A stretch of DNA of 64,000 bases, taken from the NCBI RefSeq assembly GCF_009834535.1, contig NC_045697.1, positions 34,722,001-34,786,000 on the forward strand. Reading direction: 5' to 3'. The first letter of the stretch is position 1, and every line of letters begins with the position of its first letter. Shown here piece by piece: positions 38,753-50,704 of this stretch. The position numbers and the translations under genes were made by a program. Origin of the DNA: Camelus ferus (taxonomy: Eukaryota). The notes under the pieces were generated by a model that saw only the letters and a list, made by a program, of their open reading frames with translations, searched no databases and was not told the DNA's origin.

Positions 38753-39045
38753 ATAGACTCATGGACATAGAAAATAAACTGTGGTTATGGAATGGGTGGC
38801 GGGAGTGACAGTTTGGGAATTAACAGATACATACTACTGTATATAAAACAGGTAAACAACAAGGACCTACTGTATAGCACAGGGAACTCTATTCTTGTTG
38901 AATTCAATTCAACTATATTCAATACATATGTATGTATAACTAAATCGCTTTGCTATGTATCTGAAACTAACACTGTAAATTGACTACACTTCAATAAAAA
39001 ATAAGAATAAAATAAATAAACAGAAAAAAATTTTTTAAAGATGGC
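38753..39045 (+). mobile_element. L1 3' end with an 18-bp TSD
   Basis: TSD aaaacatcactgcagcca (38735-38752) / aaaagatcactgtggcca (39046-39063). AATAAA and an A-rich tail are present. Confidence 0.88.
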
Positions 39046-39115
39046 AAAAGATCACTGTGGCCATTATGTACAACAGACTTGAGAGGGCAAGAGTGGAAAG
39101 AGGCATCTACTAGGA

Positions 39116-39642
39116 CGAGGCAGAGATTCCTGTCTACCTACAACATCCACTTCTCATCAGTAACAGAACCCTAACTTTTGGTTGGATATGTTGACACTCA
39201 GAATAAAAGACTACTTTTCAGCTCCCTCTGCAACTAAATATGACCATGTGGCTAAGTTCTGGTCAATGAGATGTAGGCAGAAGTCTTATATGGAACATAA
39301 AGGAAGGCTGTTAAGAGAAACTGACTCAGGTGGGAGAAGCACCTTCTTGCTTTTCTGTCTTTCTTCCTTCATCCAGCCTGTAATTCAGATAAGATGGCTG
39401 GAGCTCCAGCAACCATCTTGGGCCAACATAAAAGATATAAGCTAGGAAGACAGAAGGGAAAGACAGGATCTGAGATCCCTGGATTGGATTTCCCCAGACC
39501 AGTTCAGGACAGCCTACCTCCAGTCTTTTCTTTCTTCTACATTGAAAGAGAGAAAGAAAAAAAAAAGCAGCTATTTTATTTAAGCTATGATTATGTGGGG
39601 ATTTTGTGTGATATATAGCTCAACTCAATCCTAACTGATACA
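39116..39642 (+). mobile_element. MLT1J-like MaLR solo LTR
   Basis: agtaacagaaccc, gaccatgtggctaagttctggtcaatgagatgtaggcagaagt, gatggctggagctccagcaaccatcttg and the terminal cctaactgataca. Confidence 0.8.
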
Positions 39643-41758
39643 GAGGCTACTATACTTACCCAAGAAGAGGCAGGGGTGGTTTGGATCATGGTGGTGGTAG
39701 AAATGGGAAAAGTGGCAAGAATGAGATTTATTCAAAGTCAGAATCAACAAACCCTGTTGAGTTCAGACATGAGAGAGGCTCAGGGAGAGGGGTGAAGTTA
39801 GACCCACTCCCGGGTTTCTGGCACAAGCACTGGGTAGACCACGGTAGACTTAGCGAGGTAGAGACAGTGACAACATCTTGAGTTTCTTTTCAGACATTTT
39901 GAATTTGAGATACCTACCGAAACTCTTAGACCTCAGAATGGCTATCAGGCTGGGAATCACCAGGGAGATGCCGCCAGCACATGGGTGCTAACTCAAAGCC
40001 ACTGGAATGGCTGCCAAGTGCACAGTGAGAGAAGAAGCCTTAGAACAGAACCCTGAGCAACACTTAACTCTTGAAGGAGACAAGAACAAGCAGCCAGAAA
40101 GGAAGCAGGACAACCAGGGGGTTTACACGAGGAGATAAATGCCAAATACTCACCGCATGACTAAGAGGGCTAGAGGCCATGAGAGGAAGAGAAAGATCAC
40201 TTCCAACTAGTGCTGTAAAAACAAGGAAGCAGGATCAAAGAGACACAGACAGGCCAGGAAGAGGACAAGGAAAGAGGAAAAAGGAACAGGGGAAGCAGAA
40301 TGCTCTGACAGTCTGGCATAGGGGGAGGAATTCTGAGATTGGAAAGAGACTGGAGAGGCCCCCATGCCAGGGAGGGAGGAGAAATCACCCCCTCCCCAGA
40401 AAACCAAGAGCCCAGTCAGTGGTTCCTCCGCTCACAGAGTCAAAGAGAGCCACAGGTGGACCCCAGCACATCGTGGCTTAGTTTAAGGTAGAAAGACTTC
40501 GTCCACCACCCTGGAACTCCTATCAAACCATTATCTTAAATTTCCCATTGTCAGTTAAATAAAGTTTTAAAAGAGCGTGGGGTAGAGGGTCAGAAAATGT
40601 ATATACTCAAACCAGCATGAGCAGTCAAAAAGAAAGAAGGATTTTTATATACCAAGGGTTAACAATAACAGTGATGTTACTAACTTTTCTCCAAGGCTAT
40701 TTGGCAGATTGTGTTAAATTCATTTAGTGCGTGTTTTAGACGCATTCTCTCAATGGATTCTCACAACCTATGAGGTAGTAACTATATCGGCCCCCTTTCA
40801 CAGATGAGGAAACTGAGGCACAAAGTAGGTACATTTACTTGTCCAGGGACATGTGAGCTGGTGAATGACAGAGCCTGGGATTGGAACACTGGCCATCTGA
40901 CATGAGAACCAATGCTTTTTTGTTGTAGTTAGAGAGTTTGCTTTTCTCAACTCTAAAAAAGAACATTTCCAGCCACAATATTAAAGTAACTAGTGGAAAA
41001 TAATTATGTAAAGCCATAGGCTGGAGAATAACTCTACTTTACTTGAAAGCTGAGGGAACTGGCCAAAGAAAGGTAAGTTGTTTTCTTTTCTTTAACTGGT
41101 CCGTCTGGTGACTCAGAATGAAAGGAACCGGGCTGTTGTCGGCGCATGGCAGCCTGGTCAACTCTCGCCCAGAACCTCTCCTCTACAGCCCCTTGAAGTG
41201 CCTGTGACAACTGGATACGTGCAGACAACTCCGTCAGCCTCTGCCCATAAGCACAAAAGAAGGTGTGACTCTGACATGTGACCAAGACACAGAGGAAGTC
41301 AGGTGTGGGAGACTGTTCCACTTTTAGTCAAAGTTCACAGAAGTAAAAGTGAGTCTGAGGCAAGGTGTCTGGGGCACTGGAACAAAAGTACCAATATTTC
41401 CGCTGGAGACACAAATAGCAGACCTCAGTTTTTCAAATGAAGGCCTTTCAACAGAGGACAGTCCCTGAGAAGTCAAGAGTTAGGGGTTATCAAGCTACAC
41501 TGGGCTAAGCAGTCATAATTAATCATGATTTGGAGGTTCTGGCTGAACCCAGAGAACTTCTCAAACACAGGGGCCTTACACAGACACACACATGGGCTGA
41601 GCATCAACGAGGATCTGCAGAACTCAGTGCACCATTATTAGAAACCCAGCACATATCAAGTCCTCTGCAGGCGCTGGGAGGGGAAGGGGGATGGGATGAT
41701 AAACAGACATGGTCTCCACCACTTCCCAACTTTCTGTCCTATTTTTGCACTTGGTTAG

Positions 41759-42268
41759 TGTGCAGAAAAGAGTTAACATGGCAGGCTCAAGACTGCTATT
41801 ATTAGAAAAGCCTACTTGCCATTCTGCAGTTGGCCTGGGCTGGCATCTAGGAACCTGGACTTTGGGAAGGTCCCACTGTTCCCAGCACTGTATAAACAAT
41901 ATGGTTTATGCTGAACACCTGCTTTCCTTCTGGAGTCTGGAATTTTGGCCCAGGCTAGGCAGAGGGGGCCTATATAACCAAACAGTCCTCTAATGAGTTT
42001 GTGTTGAGCTCCCTAGTAGGCAGTATTTCACATGTTGTCAACTCATTACTGAAGCTTTTAAGCACATTCTATATGACTCCACTGAGAAAGGACTCTTGCA
42101 AGCTCATGCCTCATTTTCTCTGGGCTTCCCCCTATATGTGTCTTTTCCCTTTGCTGATTTTACTTTGCTGGAATAAATGATTATTATGAATACAATCATA
42201 TGCTGAGTCCTGCGAGTCCCTGCAGCAGTTAATCAAACCTGGAGGTGGTCAGTCTTGGAGGTCCCTGT
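41759..42268 (+). mobile_element. MER68-like solo LTR (ERVL class), copy 1
   Basis: Starts tgtgcagaaaagagttaacat and is collinear with 61031-61571. Confidence 0.8.
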
Positions 42269-42594
42269 AACTTTCCACAACAGTTGGAAAGCTGGAATGA
42301 GCTTTAAAGTAAGAAAGACCTGACTTAAATCCCAACTTTGACACTTATTAGCTGTGAATCACTGAGTTAGTCAATAAAGTTCCCTAAGCCTTGTAATTCT
42401 TGGGAAAAAGACAGTAAAACCTGCCTCAGAAGATTGTCGTGAAGATTAAGCATGTGGTAGACACTCAGTAAATACTATATGTTTTTTTCTCTAATTTAGA
42501 CTAACATGTGACTGGCACCCCTACGGCTGTGCAGAATACAGCCTGCACAACACCAGGCAGCCCCAATGCAGCTCACTTCACCCATCCATCCCTT

Positions 42595-42797
42595 CCACTG
42601 ATGGGCTGGAGTCAGCTCATGCCAGCTCATGAGAGCCTATTGTGCACACCATTTCCCTGCTTCACTTTCAATGTCTTGTTGGTGGCTGGACATCTGCTAT
42701 GTGGGAGTACTTAAACCACAGAAATTGGCAAACACTAAAAATACGGGCTGCTTCCATGACCTCCAATCACTAAGCATTTACCAGCATTATCACTGTC
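42595..42797 (+). mobile_element. MER63-like hAT-Blackjack MITE
   Basis: gggctggagtcagctcatgccagctcatgagagcctattgtgcac...catttaccagcattatcactg. Confidence 0.7.
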
Positions 42798-42917
42798 CCC
42801 TTCATTAAAAAATCAAATAAAGATGAAATTCGTGCCGGAGGAGTTCTATTGCCTAACCAAAGACAGCAAGCATATAGCAATAAATTTAATTAATCAATTT
42901 AATTAATTAAAAAGCAA

Positions 42918-43537
42918 CAGGCCACATGAAAAGATGCTCAACATTATTAGCCATAAGGGAAATGCAACTCAAACCCACGAGGTACCACTTTACACCAATG
43001 ACAAGGGCCACATCAACAAGAGAGATTTTAACAAGAAGGACGTGGAGAGACTGGACCCTCATTCACTCTAGGTGGGAATGTAAAACGTCACAGCCCCTTT
43101 AGAGAACAGTCTACCAGTCCCTCAAAACATTGAACATAGTTACTCAAAGACCCAGCAAGAGACATGAAAACATATGTCCGCACAAAAACTTGTACATAGA
43201 TAGTCACAGCAGCTCCATTCACAAGAGCCATAAGGTGGAAACAATCCAAATACCCATCAGCAGACAAGTAAATAAACAAAATACGGTCTATACCTATAAT
43301 GTAATATGACTCAGTTGTGAAAGGGAATGAGGTACTGATACATGTTACAACAGTGAATGAACCCTGAAAACATTATGCTCAGTGAAAGCAAGATACAAAA
43401 AAAAGGTAACATATTGTATGATTCTATTCATATGAAATACCCAGAACAGGCAAATCCTTAGAGACAGGAAGCAGATGAGTGGTTGCCAGGGGCTGGGAGG
43501 AAGCAAGATGGGGACTGACTGCTTAACGAGTACAAGG
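42918..43537 (+). mobile_element. L1MB-like 3' fragment, left half (resumes at ~48875)
   Basis: ORF2 tail and 3'UTR up to gactgcttaacgagtacaagg, where it stops abruptly. Confidence 0.85.
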
Positions 43538-44512
43538 ATTTTTTGGTTTTTTGCTTGTTTCCTTGTTTTAAAGATCCACTGCTTTCCTTTCTTGACTTTC
43601 CTTGTAGAAGTCTTTCAAGCTTTATAATGTTAGTCTAATCCTTTACACTGGGAGTCCTTCCCCTGGAACACTTTAGTGACCCTTCTTGATAGTTTCCAGC
43701 TAGTTTCCAATTTTTTTGTCTTGAGAAATGACCAAAACTACATGTAGTTCTTCAAGTGTTAATTATGTAATTTTGTGCCATCTAGGTTTACACGACCTAA
43801 TATGTTATGACTTTCCAGACACCCTATAGATAATGATAATCAATTCAGCAACGTAATAATAATGATAGCTAATTTTTTTAAAGATGCAAAATGTTTTCAC
43901 TACCCTGTTTTAACTGGATGTTCACAACTGTATGAAATAGGTAAGGCAGATGCTATTCCCCCACCCCAACCCTTTTATGCATGGGATTACTGAAGTTCAG
44001 AGTAATTATGTGACTCCCTGGTCCCACAGACCAAATAAACACTAGACCCCAGGTTTACTGACTCCCCATCCTTGTATTTGACAGTCTCAGGCACTATCAA
44101 AAGGTCGAGGTAGAAATGCAGGATGTTATGTGTAGAGTTCATTAACTTAAATTCATAGACTAGAAACTATTAGTGAAGAATTTAATTCAACTTCCTTCTA
44201 AATAAATACAATAAAACAAAAAATATTTCTAGTGGCACACCAGCGTCCTCTCTGAGGAAATGAAAGCTACATGTTGACATACTAAGTTAGCTTCATCTAG
44301 GTTTTTTTGGTATAATGTTTGTGAATCTTAGTGCTGAAAATATTTTATTGCAATTTAGGGCTCTCTCAGAATACATGGGAAGCAAGTCACTTTTATTTGC
44401 AAAAAATGCTTTAATGAAATTTTAATGTAAAATAAGGGAAACTATGTATTCTAAGTTTTATTATAATTTCTTCCCCGCCCCATTACTTTGTGTTTTTACT
44501 TTTTATATTTTT

Positions 44513-46471
44513 AAATACCCCCTTCACCCATTTCTCCCATCTTCCACTCCCACCTCTGGCAACCACCAACTTCTTGTCTATATCTACAAGCTTGGTTTTT
44601 AACTTTTATTTTTTTAGATTCCATGTATAAGAAAGATCACACTACATGTCTTTCTTTGACTGACTTTCACTTAGCAATGCCCTTGAGGTCTATATATGTT
44701 GTCACAAATGGCAAGGTTCCATTTTCTTTTTTATGGCTGAGTAATATTCCAGTGTGTGTGTGTGTATCACAATTTTTTTATCCATTCATTTACTTATGGA
44801 CATTTACATTGTTTCCATATCCTGGTTATTGTAAATACTGCTGCAATGAACACTAAGGTGTATATATCTTTACAAGTTAGCGTTTTCATTTTCTTCAGAT
44901 AAATACCCAGGAGTGGAACTCCTGGATCATATGGTATTTATATTTTTAATTTTTCAAGGAACCTCCATATAGTTTTCTATAGAGGCTGCACCAATTTACA
45001 TTTCCACTAAAAGTGCACAACGGTTCCCTTTTCTCCACACCCCTACCAATACTTGTTACTCTAGTCCTTTTGAATAGCTGTTCTGACAGGCATGAGGTCA
45101 TATATCACTGCAGTTTTGATTTGCATTTCTCTGATGATTAGTGATGTTGAATGCCTTTCCGTGTACTGTACTACTTTGGGAAAATGTCTATTCAGATCTT
45201 CTGTCCACTTTTTAATTAAGTTGTTTTTTTGCTAGTGAGTTGTATGAGCTCTTTATACAGTTTGGATATTAACTCCTTATCAGATATATGAGTTGCAAAT
45301 ATTTTCTCCCATTTAGTATGTTGCCTTTTCATTTTGTCGATGGTTTCCTTTGCTATACAGAAGCTTTTTAGATTGATGTAGTCCCATTTATTTATTTTTG
45401 CTTTTGTTGCCTTTTCTTTTGGTGTCAGATTTTAAAAATCATCATGAAGACCTATGCCAAGGAGCTTACCACATCTGTAGTCATTAGGGATATTGGCCTG
45501 CAATTTCCTTTTCTTGTGGCATTTTTGTGTGGCATTGGTATTGGGGTAGTGATGGCCTCATAAAATTAGTTCAGAATAATTCCTTCCTATTTTTTGGAAC
45601 AGTTTGAGAAGGTTTGGCATTAATTCTTCTATTAATGTTTGGTAGAATTTTCCAGTGAAGTCACCCAGTCCTGGACTTCTATTTGTTGGGAGTTATTTGA
45701 TTAATGATTCAATCTCCTTCCTAGTAATCCATCTGTTCATACTTCCTATTTCTTCATAATTCAGTCTTGGTAGGTTATACATCTCTAGGAATTTGTCCAT
45801 TTTTTCTAGGTTGTCAAAAATTTTGGTCTATAATTGTTTGCAGTAGTCTCTTATGATCCTCTGTATTTCTGTGGTATCAGTTTTAAGACCTCTTTCATTT
45901 CTGATTTTATTTATTTGAGTCCTCTCTCTTTTTTTCTTGATGAGTCTAACGAAGGCTTTGTCAATTTTAGGTTTTCAAAGAACAGCTCTTAATTTCTCTG
46001 ATTCTTTCAATTAACTTTTTGGTCTCTATTTTATTTATTTCTGACCAAATCTTTGTTATTTCCTTCCTTCTACTAACTTTGGGATTTTTGTTGTTGTTGT
46101 TGTTCTTTTTCTAGTTCCTTGAGGTGTAAAATGAGGTTATTTATTTCAAACTCTTCTTATTAAGGTGGGCAATTATTGCTATGAACTTCCCTCTTAGAAC
46201 TGCTTTTACTGCATTCCATAAATTTTGGTATATCATAGTTCCATTTTCATTTGTCTCAATATATTTTTCAATTTCTCTTTTGATTTATTCTTTGACCCAC
46301 TGGTTGTTCAGTAGTATGTTGTTTAATCTCCACATATTTGTGAATTTTCCAACTTTCTCTGTGTAATTGATTTCTAGCTTCCTATCGCTGTGATCAGAAA
46401 AGAAGCTTGATATGATTTCAATCTTCTTAAATTATTAAAACTCATTTTGTGGCCTAACGTATGATCTATCC
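44513..46471 (-). mobile_element. Non-inverted 3' part of a composite L1 (ORF2 remnant with an internal deletion at ~45471; terminal 3'UTR missing)
   Basis: Reverse-strand ORF2 motifs, including RPISLM immediately followed by the segment downstream of LEENIG. Confidence 0.88.
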
Positions 46472-48875
46472 CAGACAAAAAGCTTCTTCTAGAAAACAGC
46501 TCATATATTCATCTGGAGCCACAGTTTTTGAGACTCCTGCCCAGGGTTACACTTCTAGATCACTTGGCTCTGGTGGCCAGCAAGTGTTACACTTGCAGTC
46601 CCATAGGACTATATATATTTGTATAGTCTTAAAAACTGTTGCCTACAAGTCTGGCTTCCAATTAGCCTGAATCTACATGCTGAGGTCCTCCCCTTTGGGA
46701 CACTGACAGGTCTTAGCATATCATCAACCACTGGGAGATTAAAAATATAATAGGCTGCTTGGACTAGCACAAAAGTTTGAGAAACAACCAAGAGCTTGGG
46801 CAAGATTGAGTGAGAAGGTTCATCTCCTACTCTAGGCTATTCTTTCAAGATTGGAGCAGGTGGTTGTTTTAGAGTTACAGAGAGTCAAGTAAAATGAAGA
46901 AACAGAGGAACATGTTCCAAATGAAAGAGCAAGATAAAATATCAGAAAAAGAAACCTTAATGAAATGGAGATAAGTAATTTACCTGATAAAGAGTTCAAA
47001 GTAATGGTAATAAAGATGTTTACCAAATTGAGAAGAATGGATGAACACAATGTGAACTTTAACAAAGAGATGGAAAATAAAAGAAAGTACCAAACAGATA
47101 TCACAGAGATGAAGAATACAATGAGTGAACTGAAGTGTACTAAAAGTATTCGACAGCAGACTAGATGAAACAGAAGAAAGAATTAGTCAACTAGAGGACA
47201 AGACAGTGAAACTCACCCAGAGCAGCAAAACAAAAAAAGAATGATAAAATGCAATGATAGCTTACAGATGAATGGAACAATAGCAAACACTCTAACATTC
47301 ACATTTTGTGGCTCCCAGAAGGAAAAGACAGAGAGAAAGGCACAGAAATTTTATTTGAAAAAATAATGACTAAAAACTTCCCTAACCTGGGGAAAAGAAA
47401 CAGACATCTGGTACTAGGAAGCTCAGAGATTCCAGATAAGAACTTGAGGAGACCTATACCAAGACACACTAAAATTAAAGTGTTAAAAGTTAAAGACAAG
47501 GAAAGACACTTAAAAGCAGCAAAAGAAAAACAACTTGTTATGTACAAAGGAACCCTCATAAGACCACCAGCAGATTTTTCAGTAGAAACCTTGCAGGGTA
47601 GAGGGGAACAGCACAATACAGTCAAAGTGCTGAAAGAAAAACCTTCCAACCAAGAAATCTTTACCCGGCAAAGTTATTCAGAATTGAAGGAGAGATAAAG
47701 AGTTTTCCAAAGAGGCCAAAGCTAAAAGAGTCATCATCACTAAACTGCATGTATAAGAAATTTTAAAGGGACTTCTTTAAGCTGAAAAGGGTGCTAATGA
47801 GCAACAAGAAAAATATCTGAAAGAATAAATTTCACAGGAATGGAAAATACATAATAAATGTAGTAGATTAATCACTTATAAAGCTAGTATGAAGGTTAAG
47901 AGACAAAAGTAGTAAAAATAACTATGATTGCAATTAATAGTTAAGGGATACATACATAAGATAAAAGATATAAAATGTAAAATCAACATACAAAAAGCAT
48001 GGGGGGGAGAGAAAATCTTCGGCTTTAGAATGCAATCAAACTTGTTATTAACCTAAAATAAACTGTTACAGATCGCTACATGTGAGCCTCATGTTAACCA
48101 CAAAGCAAAAGCCTGTAGTAAATACACAGAAGGTAATGAGAATGGAATCTAAGCATACCACTAAGGAAAATCATCAAACCACAAAGAGAGCAAGAGAAGA
48201 AAAAAGGAACAGAGAAGAACTATAAAAAAAGCCAGAAAACAATTAACAAAAGGGCAGTAAGTACATACCTATGAATAATTATTTTAAATGTAAATGGACT
48301 AAATTCTCCAGTCAAAAGACAGAGTGGCTGAATGGATAAAAATTAAAAAAAAAAAAAAAAAAAAAAGCAAGACCCATCTATATGTTGCCTATAAGAGACT
48401 CACTTTAGATGTAAGGACACCATAGACTGAAAGTGAAGGGATTGAAAAAAATATTCCGTCAAATGAAAACCAAAGGAAAAATGGGGCAGCTTTACCTATA
48501 TCATACAAAATAGACTTTAAAACAAAGACCATAATCAGAGACAAAGAATATGTAATTATCATTAAATAATGATAAGGGGGTCAATCCAATAAACGGATAT
48601 AACATTTATAAACAATTATGCACCCAAAATAAGAGCCCCTAAATATATAAAGCAAATATTAATCAATCCAGAAGGAGAAACTATAATGCAATAAGATGAA
48701 GAGACATTAACACCCCACTTACATCAATGGATAGATCATCCAGACAGAAAATCAATAAGAAACCAACTCCTTAAATGATGCATTCTAAGATGTACTTAAC
48801 AGACATATACAGAACATTCCATCCAAAAAGCAACAGAATACACATTCTTCTTCAGAGCACATGGAACATTTTCAG
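46472..48875 (+). mobile_element. Inverted 5' part of the composite L1: partial 5'UTR, ORF1 remnant (ATG 46894), spacer and ORF2 endonuclease remnant
   Basis: ORFs 46965..47168 and 47306..47698 resemble L1 ORF1p (LPDKEFKVMVIKM, ILFEKIMTKNFPNL, PADFSVETLQ). The EN-domain DNA (aatgtaaatggactaaattctcc) ends at gcacatggaacattttcag. Confidence 0.9.
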
Positions 48876-49031
48876 TTTCCATCTGGAGTGATAAAAAAGT
48901 TCTGGAACTAAATAGCAGTGGTTGTTGCACAACATTATTAATATACTTATTTAACGCCTCTGAATTATACACTTGAAAATTGTTACACTGCTAACTTTTA
49001 TGCTATGTGTATTTACCACGATAAGAAAAAA
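48875..49031 (+). mobile_element. L1MB-like 3' end, right half
   Basis: gtttccatctggagtgataaaaaagttctggaactaaatag...tttaccacgataagaaaaaa continues the 3'UTR broken at 43537. Confidence 0.8.
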
Positions 49032-50504
49032 GATATCATTAAGAGAGTTAAGACAAGCCACAAAGCACAAACAGTATTTGCAAAGCATATACAGATAGTG
49101 AGTTTGATTCAGAATATATATATTACATCTTTTAAAAATAAATTTTAAAAGGCAGAAAACCTAACCAAAAAAAAAAAAAAAAAAGGAGGAAATCTAAGTG
49201 GCACTTCGACAGAGAGTAAATGCCAACAGACAATGAAATGAAGTAGACTTGCTCATCCTCTTTAATAATCAGAGAAATGCAGGCTGAACAGTGAAACATC
49301 ACTGTGCACACACAAGCACCTGGCCACCCAGGGGCAGAGGCGAGGCTCAGGACTAAGAAGAGGGAAGGTCCAAGTCTGAGCGGAGAGTTGGGGAGGCAGG
49401 AGGGTGGGGGTGCGCAGGTCTCCTGTTCTATTCCACACAGCCGACAACCACTGCCAATACATGTTGAATGTTTAATAACTATTTTAAGATTTGAGAATCA
49501 TATTTAGTCATGAAAGTCATTCCAGTGGTCACACAATCCAATTTCCTCATTTTAGAGTGGAAACTGAGGCACTGCCTAGATAAGTGACCTCCCCAAGATC
49601 ACACAGGTTAGTGGAGCTGGAACCAAACCTCACACCTTCTAACTGCCAGTTCATGTTCCACTGAGCCCTGGCCCCTTGTCATGCATGAATATAAGGGTCA
49701 AACTTTGTCACTTTCTACTCCTAACCCTCCAAAATCTTTCTATCACACTTAAAAAAGAACAAAATCCAAAGTATTTTCCATGGCCCCACAATGATCCATG
49801 TATGATCTTACCTGGTTCTCCAGCCTCTTCCCCCATGCACCCCACCCCACTCCCCCTCAGCCTCTTGGTTGTTCCTGGAGCAAAGGAGCAATCCCTCTCT
49901 GGGGCCTTGCATTCCTGGATTCCCCTGCTTGAATGCCCTCCCCGAAGAGCCACATGGCCTTTTGAGTATTCTCGTTTAGGACTTAAAATGCTTTTATTTT
50001 TCTTAATATTTTTAAAATTATTTTCTTCTCATAATTTGGATTAAATCTAATAGAAAATGACCCTTTTATAGCAAAGTTAGTAACAGAAAATTGTGCCTCT
50101 ATGTAATATTTGGAAAAAGCACAGTATACTGGTTGGTTACAAAATAGATTTACAAAAATCAAGAGATTGATTATATATCAACAATATCTAATCACAATAT
50201 ATCAGGAAAATTCACCTATTCACAAGAGTAACTACAACCATAAACTACTCAGGAATACATTTAGCAAGAAAAGTATGGGACTTTGAAAAGCAACTCTGAA
50301 ACTTTTTTTATTAAGGAAAAATAAATTTAACAGATTAAAGTAGATATGCTACTTTGCTCTTGAAAGGAAAACTTTTAAGAGCGTAAATAAATCACAAATG
50401 TGCTTTTTTTAGTTGTTTTACAGTGGAGATGCCTGAGGATATTTTACTGGTAGAATCTGTAGATAATATCAGATATTAAAACAAATAAAGTCCCACGTGC
50501 TTTG

Positions 50505-50704
50505 CAGAAGCAGATCCAGGTTTTGAGTGGCATAAAGCTTATACATTTTGAGGAGAAGATTGTTTTTGTTTTTGTTTTTGTTTTTTCAGTGCAAAACTAT
50601 AAATACAAAAGCACTAGGGCCCTTCCAGGGGCCTTAGAAAGGGCTACGGAATTGAAAGGCTCTCAAGCTTACTTTCCTTTAACTTCCTGGTAGATCCCCC
50701 TCTG
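50505..50704 (-). mobile_element. Arthur1-like hAT-Tip100 MITE (200 bp)
   Basis: TIRs cagaagcagat / atccccctctg. 8-bp TSD gtgctttg (50497-50504) / gtgttatg (50705-50712). Confidence 0.78.

Larger units (their letters stand above)
38230..40130 (-). mobile_element. L2 remnant with nested L1 and MLT1J insertions
   Basis: L2 motifs gaaagtgatattgaagctgagacctgaag and ttttaagcaggagaggaacatgatc; the L2 continues after both insertions. Confidence 0.65.
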
